From positions 1,922,001 to 1,986,000 of the forward strand of contig OZ176050.1 of assembly GCA_964247055.1 (NCBI GenBank): a DNA stretch of 64,000 nucleotides. Reading direction: 5' to 3'. Within the stretch, counting starts at the first letter, position 1, and the number at the start of each line of letters is the position of its first letter. The translations under genes were made by a program, and so were the position numbers. Shown in pieces: positions 24,921 to 37,423 of this stretch. The stretch comes from Paragordius varius (Eukaryota > Animalia > Nematomorpha). The notes under the pieces were generated by a model. That model saw only the letters and a list, made by a program, of their open reading frames with translations. It did no database searches and was not told the DNA's origin.

Positions 24921-26519
24921 AGTTAATAGTGAAGTAACGTTTAGCGTTTAATAAATGAAGATTTGAAATTTTACAAGATTTATATTTAATTATTAAGTAT
25001 AATAATTTTCGAGAATCAATTTTTTTTTCGTTCACGAAATCCATATAGCATATTTTTATATGCCATGCTATTAAATGAGCAAATTTCTATAAATTTATCA
25101 TCTTTGTAACCACCCAATGAAAAGGTTAATTAGCCAAAATTTATCAAATTAACATTCTATAGCATTAACAAAGGTTTGATTTACTTATAAAACCTAAATT
25201 TTATACATAAATTGTTTTTAAAATAATTTTATCCATATTTTTATATCTGTGAAGTGTGCCCTACACCATACTTGGAAAATCCATAAGTTTTACTTGATCA
25301 TATGATTATTTATCACATCCGAATCAAGTGTTCTTGCTTGCAAGCCATGACTTGAAAAACTTACAAGTCAAGTCAAAAAAAAATTTATATCACCTCACCG
25401 ATAGCCTGGAAATATTTAGATACCCTCGAATCCAGGTGTTAATATCGCTTTAAATTGTAAAATCTTTGCATAAAATAAACGCAAAATACTTCATACCATT
25501 AACACATGAAAAAAATTAAAATCCCATTTATATTTGCAGTTGAGCTCTAGCTAGGAGAATATTTATCAAGAATTTGTAGTGGATACAGGGGCAGATAGTT
25601 TATCGATTAAAAATAGCGCAAAATATAAAAAACATTTTTATGTGATAATTCCGGCATAGCTTAGATTTATTTAGAACACTATATAGTTAAATTCCTTAAA
25701 AATTTCTAATTAGGTTGACGGGTGTTAATAGTGCCAGTTTTGTAAATTTCAAATCGCGTATGCCAAATCAATGTTCCATTCATAATAAATTAACACGAGT
25801 GATATTTTTTCACCGATCACTTGTTGGCTAAAGTAAACTTACTAAACTTGTTACGTTAACTTGCAAGTCAACTGCTATTTTTTATCAACGCACCGTGTTA
25901 AACAAGAATCAAAAATTAAATTAAGACCGCCGTTTTTAGTCGTTTTTGTATAGTATTAATGGCTTGAGCTATAGTTCCAATTCATATCAAAGTGCTATAA
26001 ACACGTAATACATTTTTGATTCCGCATATCTCCATTATCTATCCATTATTATTAAATTACCTAGCATTCATATTATATAATAGTACCATCAAGGTAAATT
26101 TTAAAAATAAATTATTACCCTCTTTCTTTAGGACAAAGTAAAACCGAAATTTTACAGAGCATTTTGTTTCCACCATGCATTTAAGTAGCATGAACAGGTT
26201 TAGCAAAATTGCATTGAAAATTAAATTTATGCAATGTGGTTTGTTTTGTTTTAATAATATACAATGAAAATTATGGCACATGCCATTTCAACGTTTGTTG
26301 GAAAAACTAGCAATAATTGATTAAAAAATAAGACGTGCAAAAATATTATATTATTTAACAATATAGAACGACTTCCTTATTTTAAATAAATTTTAAATTT
26401 TGTGGTTTCATTTATAACTATTTTTAAATGACCTCTAACCCTTACCAAATACTCCATAAGCTTGATATAAAATTTGCATTGAAAGACATAAACGTATGAC
26501 ATGGATTAGCATGTGGTAA

Positions 26520-26822
26520 ATGGAATTTTTCCTTCACCGTATCATAACTTTGGCTAAGAGAGCTCCCAATAGAGGTTTAAATATATTATTTAAATAAAAG
26601 TTCGAAGATCAATTTTTGATTCCCAGCGATCTAATCCAATTGTGTTTTGGACTGCATTTGTTGTTGTTATACGTATTTATACTTTAATTTAAAGATTTCC
26701 CTCTCTATTCTTACCGTATGTATAAACGTTCTTTGGAAAATGATCAAAATACAATTTATAAAGCTCAATACACTGTTTACCGCCCTGATGATATAAGAAC
26801 AAAGAATATAAAATGGATTTAA
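26520..26822 (+). CDS. NDUFA3: NDUFA3-like protein, copy B; exons 26520-26574, 26601-26672, 26695-26822
   Basis: Introns of 26 and 22 nt; differs from copy A at 3 of 255 nt (K9I and two synonymous changes). Confidence 0.65.
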
Positions 26823-26848
26823 TTATTGTTAGCATATTTTCATAAAAA

Positions 26849-29577
26849 TTATAAATGCAAATGATATATTTGATTCCTGTGTAAAGATTTCCGACAAATC
26901 GGGCAAGTTTGTGAATTTTTGAAACAAATTCTTATACACTTTTTACAAAATATATGTCCGCATACGGTTGCCATTACTTGATTATCATCATCGCTTAAAA
27001 TCTGAAGATAATAAATACCGAAAATATAAACATAAAAATATACATAATAAATCACTAATAGTGAATAACTTTGGTATAAAAAATATTGGGATTTTTTTGA
27101 ATTGATGTCTACTATTTAATATTTATATCCATTCCAACAAGATAAATATAGTCGCTGCGTGCTGTTTTTTTAATAATTTCCTTACGTAGTTTACAATGTG
27201 AAAATACATGAAATAGGTTAATCTAAATTAAACTATTTCTACAATTGTGTAACAAAAATTTTTAAGAAATAATTATCGAATTTTTACCAAATATTATTAT
27301 ATGTTTATTAAAGAAATTAATTTTAAATTAAACAATATATTTTATATGTATCTTTAACTATTTTTCAAAATAAAATGACGACAAAAGGTTTGAGATTGGG
27401 ATTTATATAATTTTTACTGTTTTAAATAATAAGCCTAAAATTATATGGCCCTAAAATATATCGAAATCGCTCTAATCTAGGACCCAAAAGGTATTATGGA
27501 GTTAATAACGCACAGTTTATTATCGTTTTAGACAAATTCAGGTTGAGTTTTTTTACATAATAGGATCAATGTTTATTTAAAAAATGGTTATAACACATGT
27601 TCAAGTGATTAAAAATTTAGGGTAAACTAATAGCAGAATAAATATTACTATTAACTTTATTTGATAACTAAAGCCGCTAAAACTTTTATAATATATATAA
27701 TCATCTTGTTTGCTATACTATTTTACAGCTTCTCTTGATAACCAGACATGCGTTTACCAACAACATTATTAGTCAAAAATACAAAGTGTGTAGCGTAGCA
27801 CCAATTTAACCATAAGAGAATATTACATCTAGTCAAAGTAGCCACAACCTTTCTTATCGTATAAAAAGTTGTTGGTGAATTAAACTTACATTCAAAAACA
27901 TGTTATGTTTTATTAATAATTTAAAAAAATTAAAATCGCACGGATGATTTCAGCCAACCGTTTCCAATACTAGGATTATGTTGGATAAATCGGTTATGAA
28001 AAAAATTATGGCGCGACTGCCTTTTTTAAAAAAAACAGTCAAAAATATTATCAGTTGATATAAATAAATATAATTGTTGAAACTCAAATCAAATTTTGTT
28101 AGGGAAAGCATTTACAAGACGTCCACGTATAACAAGAAATAATAAGGTCGCATTGCCCAAATATACTATGACAACGAATTATAGGTTAAAATCAAGGGTG
28201 TACAACACGCGGCCCGCGAAAAATTTGGATGTCCACAATTTTCAAAATAATCCTTACAAAATTTTTGCAAATTTAATTTTATAATTAGTCCACCGAATTA
28301 GAGATAAATTAGAAATTAATTCCTAATGTTTAAAATCTAATAAAAAATTAATAAAACTTATTTATTTTTATGCGACCCGCGAAGCCATTTGTGTTGGAGA
28401 CGGCTGGTTTAAATAATGGTAACTAGTTTTAAATAATTCTAATCACAATAATTATTTATCCCTTTCTGCCGAGTTGAATAAACGAAACATTAGGTAGTCA
28501 ATGTAATTGTATTAAGTTTAAATTTACAAAATATCAAATTCATATTGTAATGAAGTAATTATTGTTACCTTGACTGATAAAAATTTGAATATGTTATTAA
28601 AAATTACATGTGCAAACCTGGAATTTCGAGGCTCACGGCATATAAGCAAGAAAATCAATTAGTTTTGTACTATATATTTTTATACAAGTAAAAGGGCACA
28701 AAACAATTTTAGATAAGGAAAAGGGTTGGCTAACTTTTATTGTAATCTAAAATCAAAAGTATCTAACAATAAAATTAATGTACAAAAATTTATTAATTAT
28801 TTTAATTAATTAATACCTTTATGTAGAATCTTTTAAATTCCCAATTATATGAACACAACATGGTCATACAAATAATGGCCATAAATGTTTACAAACTTTA
28901 CAAAATAAGGTTTTTAGTTTTTTAAAATAAATTAAATATTGATTTTATGGCTTATAAATATAATTTCGAAACCGTCCAAATTAAATTAAGCAAGCCGCCG
29001 ATAAAAAGATATGGAAAATTCAGGTTTATGATAAAAATAATGATTTAATAGATTATAATAACTCAAAATGGCCTTATCTAAGTAGACAAAATTATCGCTC
29101 AATTATTACACTAACGAATAATAATGGTAAAAATCATTAAAAATAAAATATTAACCACATTTGAAACAATATAATATATTTAAGCATACCTAGCTATAAC
29201 GGTTAAACTCTATCAGGGTTGAGATTTCACCGGTAAAAAGAAAATATTTTTAAATGAATTAAAAATTAACCTGCACACAAAAATGGTAATAAGATTAACA
29301 ATTTTTCTCAATTCAAGACTCTATATTTTTTAATTGTATATGGTTGAAAGAAAATAAACTTTTTCAACTATAAATTTTTAAAAATGATATCACAGACATG
29401 GTCATATCTCTTCTAAAAAATTACCAATGTAATTTTGATTTAAAAAAATAAAAATAAATAAACCAATGTGTGCTCTTCCAAGCAAACTCCGCATATTATA
29501 GGTTTATTTGTGACTGATCTAAAATTTAGGCAAATCATAAATACATTTCAATATATTTCATTACCTTTTCGATTCAC
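26849..29577 (-). CDS. RNF4-like C3HC4 RING exons, copy B (29464-29518 and 26849-27001; possible micro-exon 29565-29577)
   Basis: CGVC exon identical to copy A; terminal exon has V->I and one synonymous change; 2462-nt intron. Confidence 0.8.
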
Positions 29578-31553
29578 CTCGACAGTTTACAACCAAGTTC
29601 AAAATTTATAGTTAATAATTATAATCTGTAAAATATAATTCATAAATTTTTTTAATTAGAATTTATTTTCCAATATATACAAAAATTATTTTTTTTGTTT
29701 TACTCAGAAATCTTAATACCGCTAAAAAGAATAACTATCTCTAGTTATAAATTTTTAAGAATAAATATTAGAGAATATTTTTATATAATTTAATTTATGC
29801 ATGAATGAAAAACTGTTGAGGTAGAAATGTTCGGTTTAAAATAAAAATTAAATTACATACTTGGGATTGTCATTGTTATAAGCTACAAAAATAAAATAAA
29901 ATATATATTCATGGTTTTCAAGTAATATGGTTAAATTAAAACATGTGAAATTTGAAGTTTTCATGCTTTGATAAAGTCATCTAACAAAAACGGTTATTCC
30001 TTTAAAGTACTTAATACCAAAACCTTAAAATCATTGTTTGTGTGTGACAAAATGGATCAAAAAATTTGATTATTGGTTAAGAACTAATTAATTATAAGAA
30101 TTTAAATATATATAAATTAAAACAATTTTATGTCCCTAAATATATTAAATGGTAAAAGAATAAGTAGTATCTCCAATAAAATTCGTAAAATAAAAAATTC
30201 CATAATAATTATACAATGAAATGAAAAAATGGTGAATTAATTAACAATTTTTGTATATATTTAATAAGTGAGCAGGATATGTACATCCGAAGGCCGATGA
30301 AAGATGCTAGGAACAACTAACAAATTTATGGAAAACTAAAAGAGTAAAAGCGAAAAAGAATTAATCGGTAGGAACATTATATTTATACGAATTATATACG
30401 AATCAAACAAAGAATAAAAAAGCATCCTACTATATTAATAATATAATTATGTTATTGGCTAAAAATTAAATATCATATAGCTTTACAATTAATGGTTATT
30501 TCAATGAATAACTCATATAAGATTAACATTTTAAGTAAATTCAATTAAAATAGTGTTATTTTAATCAAAAACATATAAATTAAAAAGTCAATCAAAGGAT
30601 AACATGGGAATAAAAAATATGGCATGGTTCTATAGAGAACATGACAGAAAAAGGTACAGGTATTTACGAATAAGACCAAATAAAATAATCACCCGAAACA
30701 AGCATCGAGTACAAAAATTGAAGCTAAAGAAATTAAATATAGGCTTCTGTTCAAAAAAACCATCTACCAATTAGAGATGCGTTTCAGTTAAGTATTTTAA
30801 AAAGGAGCTTATGTATAAAAAAAAGATGGTCGTCCACTGCCATATTATTTAATTCACCAGTAGTTTCAAAATATGAATGGAATCGCTGCCGCTGCACAAA
30901 CTAATATTCTTACTTATGACTATTGGACCCGTTGATAAGATATATAAAAGCACTAGATAAAATTTTATATTGGTCGGGTTATTTGAGGCCTAAACAATAA
31001 TTATTTTGTTGCTATTTAGATTATATGGGCATTGAACGACATCGCATAAGAATTTTATGCCGTTTCAAGCATGCATCAAATATCTTAAAGAACTAAAATT
31101 TTATTTTTAAATCTGAATATATGTTTTTTTCGAAAAAACATTGGAATTAAACAAATAAAAATTCTAGCCCATTTTGACGGGTTTTTTGAGACTTTTAGAG
31201 CGCATATAAAAAATTAAATGATACAAATAATGTGCTTTTTTAATATAGCATTTGCACTTCAAGAGTGTCTTTAAACACTTCAAGTTGGTCCTTCTCCTTT
31301 TGAAATTGTTTTGTTTATCAAACAAACCGTGTATTAATATATTTTATTATTTTTAACCTAGTCCCTGATTCAACCGACTTTTTCAAAATCAACTTTTGAT
31401 CATTCAGAAACCGTATATCTTTTTGAAGTTTTTTAAAAAAACTCTAAATCCCCAAAACCAATCAAGCTTTTCTTCTATCAGAATCGGGATTTGGTACAAT
31501 GTATAAATTTAATATTGGTATTGAAGTCAAATAATTCAAGGTTAATTAATATA

Positions 31554-32081
31554 CTATTTGCACTTCAAGAGTGTCCTTGAACACTTCAAGTTGGTCCTTG
31601 AACAGTTCGGTCCTTAAAATTTAAATTTTGATTTAACCATAATTTTTGCATTCATTTTTTATTTTATTATTTATTAACCTAATTATCTTTATTTATTATA
31701 TATTTATTCATTTAAAAATAAAAATTTTTAATTAAAACCACTTTTTCTTTATAATATTTTTTTCGATTGAAGAAAATTAGTGTCTTTTAAATGTTTTTAA
31801 TGAAAAATTTTAATTAATAACCCAGGAAAATTATATATTTTTTCATTTCGTGTTAAAATCTTATAAATATCCAAAATTATTTTAAGAAATTAATAAAGTT
31901 ATACGGTTTCTTAAAGATTAAAAGTTGATATCGATTTAAAATTTATGTTAAATAATAGAAAGTAGGTAAAAAACAATAAAATAGATGAATCATTTACGAT
32001 TTGATTGATAAAAGTTAAAAACAAAAGAAAAAAGTCAAAAGACCAACTTGAAGTGTTCAAGGACACTCTTGAAGTGCAAAT

Positions 32082-32083
<2 letters not shown>
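31554..32083. mobile_element. TA-targeting MITE (530 bp) inserted in a (TA)n tract, present only in copy B
   Basis: Full TIRs as at 2860-3388; the equivalent site in copy A (19293-19320) is an empty (TA)n tract. Confidence 0.85.

Positions 32084-32136
<53 letters not shown>
32084..32136. repeat. (TA)n microsatellite
   Basis: About 26 TA units; a shorter tract lies at 19293-19320. Confidence 0.95.
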
Positions 32137-32138
<2 letters not shown>

Positions 32139-32438
32139 ATGTATACATATAATTTTGTTGGTGGCCCAATTAAAATTTTTGTAAATGAAACCTAGGGCTA
32201 CTAATGGAGAAAAATGATGCAATATCGCAAAAAGTCTAGTAAAACTTTTATATCCGAATTTCTTAATAAATTATTATACTAACCATTTTTTTATAAAAAT
32301 ATAATAAAAAGTCTTTTTTATACCATAGTTTTCTATATTAATCAAATTATAGATTTTCCATGTCCTTTTTTTCAATTTCACAAGGATATTTGTGACTAAT
32401 TTTAGATATCTCCAAAATATATTATAAAAACATTATAC

Positions 32439-34345
32439 CATTTAAAACTTTATTTGATGGTATAGGAGAGTTAGAAATGTGGTCATTAAAATCGGATGAG
32501 TTGAAATTTTCAGATGAATCCGAACTTGACAATGGACTTCCTTCATCCTCCGTTAATTCAAATCTAATTGTAAAGTTTAATAAAATTTTAATGTTAAAAA
32601 GTTATAGCGAACGTAACCCGATTAAAGTTTGCTAATTTTTTAAAGCAAAAATTTGAACATAAGGCGAATTTGGAAAAGATTACTTTAATATCTCATTTGC
32701 CAATAACTTCAATTATGTACCTAGAAATAGTCTTTTATTTTGAATTAACTCAATGATTAAGCCCTAAACTGATGAAAAAATTACGCCTATTAAAAGTCAC
32801 CAGCACAAAGTATTTAAAGCAGTATTTGAAATACAAGAATTCCATTTAAAATCCATCGTAAAAAACTGAGATAGAATAAAAACTTTATATCAATTTAATT
32901 AATTATATATCTCTCATAGTTGGTCAGTGCGAAAAATCTATTCAATTTTAAATGAGATTCTCAAAAGTTTTTTTTAATATACGGACAAAATAAAATATTT
33001 CAGTCAACGCTTTTATTAACAGAACTAATGTCAACTTTAAAGCAAATATCATATATAGAGCCACTTGTATATTGGTTCTTTTATTTAGCAGTATGTTAAA
33101 TTTATAATTACAGTATGCATTTTAAGCTTATTTCAGTAGGACAAATCGCAACACAGTAGTGTATAAAAAAACAACAAAATGTTAAATAACAATTATCATC
33201 AGTTTTTTCAAGCCAATTAATGCAAAAAAAATTTATTTATTAACTCAATTTACGATTAATTGTTTCGACAAATAAACACAGCTAGTGATATGTAAAATTT
33301 TAGATTTTTGTGAATACATGGCCATTTAAACAAATTATACACTGAAAATACCATAATTTTTGGAGGTAGAAAGTTTTATGATTTTATTCAATTTTAAACT
33401 TTGTATATTTTTTTGTTTACTAGTCTGAAATTACTTTAGAAAATTAAATTATTGCTGAATTACATTCAGTATGTACATTTTTGCTAGGCCTTTTGACATT
33501 ATCGGCCAATGGGTAATATAGTAGCGAGTTTTATAGAACAAATTTCTTCCAAAATAAAATAAACAAATATATGTTCTTAAATAAGTAAGGTTGATTAATT
33601 TCAAAATTGTGTTGTTTTTACCCATACACTTACGTGTTGCCAATTTTGAAAATAATGATGCATTTCAAATTTGAATATGGCTTAATTGCAAACAGACAAA
33701 TAAAATAAGGAATATATTCTTGGATGTATAAACTTAAGCAAACTCAATTCAAATAATTTTATCAATTTACTCGTCTTCACTGTGGCTATCATCATAGGAT
33801 GTATTGTTAGAAAATGTTTCATTTTGTTCAGAAAGGATGGAAACAGAAGAGCTAGTGTCTTGACTCGTTTCATCTTCAGACATGGGGGCGTCATCATCAT
33901 TGCTCGGTTCATCCGCATCGAAAGTAACACTGTTATCAGAGCTATCAGAGTCAAGTTGATCAATAGCCGGTTCAGCATTATCAGCTAATTTGCGGACATG
34001 TTAATATATAAACTTTTAAATTTAAGAGAAACTACTGTAAAAATATATTTTTTCTATAATTTGAGCAAGAAACAAACAAATATATAGTTAGATATAAATA
34101 AAGTATTTATCCATTAAGAAATTTGGCTATCCGTAAAACATACTTATATCTGAGTCATACGTTTCGAAATGCGTAACGTTTCCATCTATTAAATTATGAA
34201 ATAAAAAACCTGAATCTATAAAGAGATCATCTTCTTCATTTTCTGAAATGTGAATGTCGCTTTCTAAACTTTAAATTGTATAGAAACCATAATTATCTTC
34301 GTATTGTTCTGACAGAGAATCGTTGGAGTATGCTCTTAAAATCAT
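32439..34345 (-). CDS. Acidic D/E/S-rich protein, 5' exons 34288-34345, 34210-34263, 34144-34185, 34014-34034, 33771-33984, 32439-32563; 3' end unresolved
   Basis: All junctions GT-AG and phase-consistent (introns 24, 24, 109, 29, 1207 nt): MILRAYSNDSLSEQYEDNYESDIHISENEEDDLFIDSDGNVTHFETYDSDIIVSLKFKTDNAEPAIDQLDSDSS...SEDEFELTEDEGSPLSS... No stop is reached in these exons. Confidence 0.72.
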
Positions 34346-34405
34346 ATATAAAAATATATGTCTTGCATTAAAAACGAAAACAGCTGTATTATTTAACGTG
34401 ATCAA

Positions 34406-37400
34406 ATGGAAAAGAAAAAGAAAAATCGAAAAATTCTGGAAGAACTGGATCAACCAACCAAGTTTGACAATACCATTGCAAGATATCTAAAGTTTAACAT
34501 TCCATCAAAAAAGGGAAATATGTTCGGCAGCAAAGTTCAATACTTTACAGGTATTTATTTATGTTTATTCATTAGGTTCTAAAGCTGTTGACGTATTACT
34601 TGCATCTAAATGGGGTTCAAACAAATCCAAATCACCGATTCAACTTAATACTAGGGAGGCTTGCTTAGATTATTTGAATTTGTATTTTATGGCCTAAATA
34701 TTAGATTAATAATCAAGAATTTTTTTCATCGCGTCAAAAAAATTGTGAAAATTGTTGACTACAAAGATGAGAAAGATATTTCAGACTCTAAAAAATTGAC
34801 GAAACGATCAAATCATCAAGTAATTTTTATAAATGAATTCATAATTCAGGATAAAAAAGAACAAACGGTAAAAAAGAAAATTAAACTTGAATTGCATGAA
34901 ATTCAAACTTTTGTGGCTGAAGGGGATGATCAAGTACTTCCATCTATCATATATTTTCCAAAACATAATGCACCATTTTTTACAATAAAATTGAAAAGAT
35001 ATTTATTTTATAACTTGGGTGTTGGCCGCATCATGATATCTTTTAGCTTTGGAAAATGATTGCTATGGCTAAATATCTATATTTTGAAATAATTTAGCCC
35101 ATTAACATAAAATTTGAGTAATTAAAATTAAGCGTGAACTTTAGATAAGTATAAATGGTAAATTATTTTAATACATTTATTTTGTTCATAAATATACCTC
35201 AATTTTCATTATTAGAAATTATTTTTTATTTGATGCAAAATTCTTTGGCCGTTAAAAAATAGAAAAACAAATTTCCAATTTTATTAAATTTACATATAAA
35301 ATTGTCTCATAAACTTAATTAATAGATTTTAAATGCAGATTAATAATTAGTAAACCACAAGGTATAGCTTAATTTTATGCGAACAAGGAAAAACACCTCA
35401 AAAAATTAGCGCTTTATTTTAGCATAGCATAATATTATATTTTTTCCTAACATTTTAGTTTTATGTATGGATATATGACCCTATTCCGCTCAAAACATGG
35501 ATCCTTGGCTTTTCTATTGGTAAGATTTATTACTTATTTAAAGTAATCACTAACCGCGCAAATTAATTATTAAAAAAATATCGTTTGATAGTTTATATAA
35601 GGCTTTAATTTCTGAACGCGTTATACTCTATATATGGAGTAAATATATTATATTTAAAATATAAATTTAAATATTTTACCAGATAGAAACAAATTTTTCA
35701 TTTAAATTTGACGCTAAAGTGCGATTTTTTAGCTTTAATTCTTGTAAGTCTTTCTAGGACACTCCGGAAAAATGTAAAAATTTTAACGATAATATGTTGC
35801 ATTTGGGATTATCCTTATGGAATCAAAAATAGTATTTGCGTCTTTGTTTTTATTGTGTATAATTTATTTGACCTGATGTGCGAAAAAAATTGCGATTTTT
35901 TGATTTTGGCTAATAGCACAAAAATTAAAATATCCTTTCTATTATTTTAACCGCATTTATCATTCTGATATTCATTATCTTGAGGTTTTTAGCTATCTAA
36001 TGCATGAATAATAAACATTTATTTTGTACTACACACCGTGTAACAAAATAATACCGATTTTATATATAATTCTTTTTTCAATGGATTATATTTTTAAGAT
36101 ATCAATATAAAGATGGCACGCATTAATAGCGTATATAAATAAATATTTTGATAATTGTGTTTTAATATAACCCGATAAATATCCTAAATTACTATTATTA
36201 ATTATAAATAGTGATCCAATTTTAACCTTCAATTCATTTAACCTTTTTAGAGTGGTTTATATCTAACAATTACTAACAAATTTTTCAGATTTGGATTTCT
36301 TAATAATTTATATTAAACTCTTCCCCATATGGTAAGTAATTTTCCTTTTAACTTTACCATACTTTTTTACTTTTAAGGTTCTGTTTTCAAACAATTGCAT
36401 ATTTTTTTAATCCATAGCTAATAAAGTATAAATTTGAAGACCAATTAGAGGATCTAAGAATTTTTTTAAATACCGCAAAATATTTTTCTACCTATTGTTA
36501 AGGCAATCGAAGTTATTTGATTATATGCGAAAAATATATTTATTGTTCTCGTGTAAATTTTACTAAAAATCAAATATTAATCAAAATTTTGTAATTTTTT
36601 TTACGTTTTCGCTCCTTTTGTGAATTAGCGTGGCGCAGATAGACTATGCTGATAAAAAGTAAACATACGGGTATTCATTAAATTAAGGCATTTTAACCCA
36701 TAACTACTTTTATCAATTTATATTTTTTTTCTTTGATGTGCAGTTATTGGTGCCATAATTATTTGCCTTTTCCCGCTTTGGCCGGCATCCATGCGTTCCG
36801 GCGTTTATTACCTGAGTTTGGCTGGAGCTGGCTTCCTTGGATTTATTATAATATTAGCTCTTTGTAAGAATATTCATTTCTTTTAAAAAATAATAATTTG
36901 TTTGAGTTGAAATCTTTTTTATGGTAAAATTTAAATTTTAAAGATATAGACAATTACCAAATAATTTTTATTGTATTTGATCGTATGTTTTTTATATAAC
37001 CTATTTAACCATATATCTGATAATATTAAGTGATTAATTTAAATATTTTAATCTTTTCCACCCAAGATAGACCTGTTACATTAAAATATAAAGATTTAAA
37101 AATATAGGATTTTATTTATAAAAAATTCCAACTTTTTTATAATTTTTCTAGTGAGGTACATAATATTTGGCATTGTATGGGCTGGAACGCTTGGAAAGCA
37201 TCACATTTGGTTTTTCCCCAATTTGTTGGAAGATGTGGGCTTCTTTGAGAGTTTCGTTCCAATTTATACGCACAAATGCCCTTCCCTCAAACAACATTCC
37301 AACTCTGCCAAGAAAAAGACGCCTAAAAAAGATGCTTCATCAACAGAGGACAAAGATACAAGGCTACTTAGTGAGGAGAACACAAAATTAATTGATAACG

Positions 37401-37423
37401 AAATTTCTTTTTTGATTAAATGA
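34406..37423 (+). CDS. SEC62: Translocation protein SEC62; exons 34406-34550, 34576-34681, 34705-34819, 34850-34933, 35459-35519, 36744-36863, 37152-37423
   Basis: IARYLKFNIPSK...VQYFTGSKAVDVLLASKW...FFHRVKK...FYVWIYDP...ICLFPLWPASMRSGVYYLS...HHIWFFPNLLEDVGFFESFVPIYTH match SEC62 motifs; all phases consistent. Confidence 0.95.

Larger units (their letters stand above)
22990..25400 (-). mobile_element. Harbinger-like MITE (reverse copy of 9503-10503) carrying a 1.4-kb nested insertion
   Basis: TIR GGGTGGGATGATAAAAAAA...TATCACCTCACCG; 3-bp TSD ATA; splits a piggyBac-like MITE that is intact in copy A. Confidence 0.8.
22876..33512 (+). repeat. Tandem segmental duplicate, copy B
   Basis: Collinear with 11907-20754; has extra insertions 22990-25400 and 31554-32083; continues without a break into the acidic gene's upstream exons. 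Confidence 0.92.

Noticed and set aside
31911-32222. ORF with a YIYIYI run
   Set aside because: It is the translation of the (TA)n microsatellite and MITE.
32324-32395. 72-nt phase-1 exon candidate (VTNILVKLKKRTWKIYNLINIENY) after exon 6 of the acidic gene
   Set aside because: It is open in both copies, but differences are mostly non-synonymous and a nearer AG gives an immediate stop; support is too weak to include in the model.
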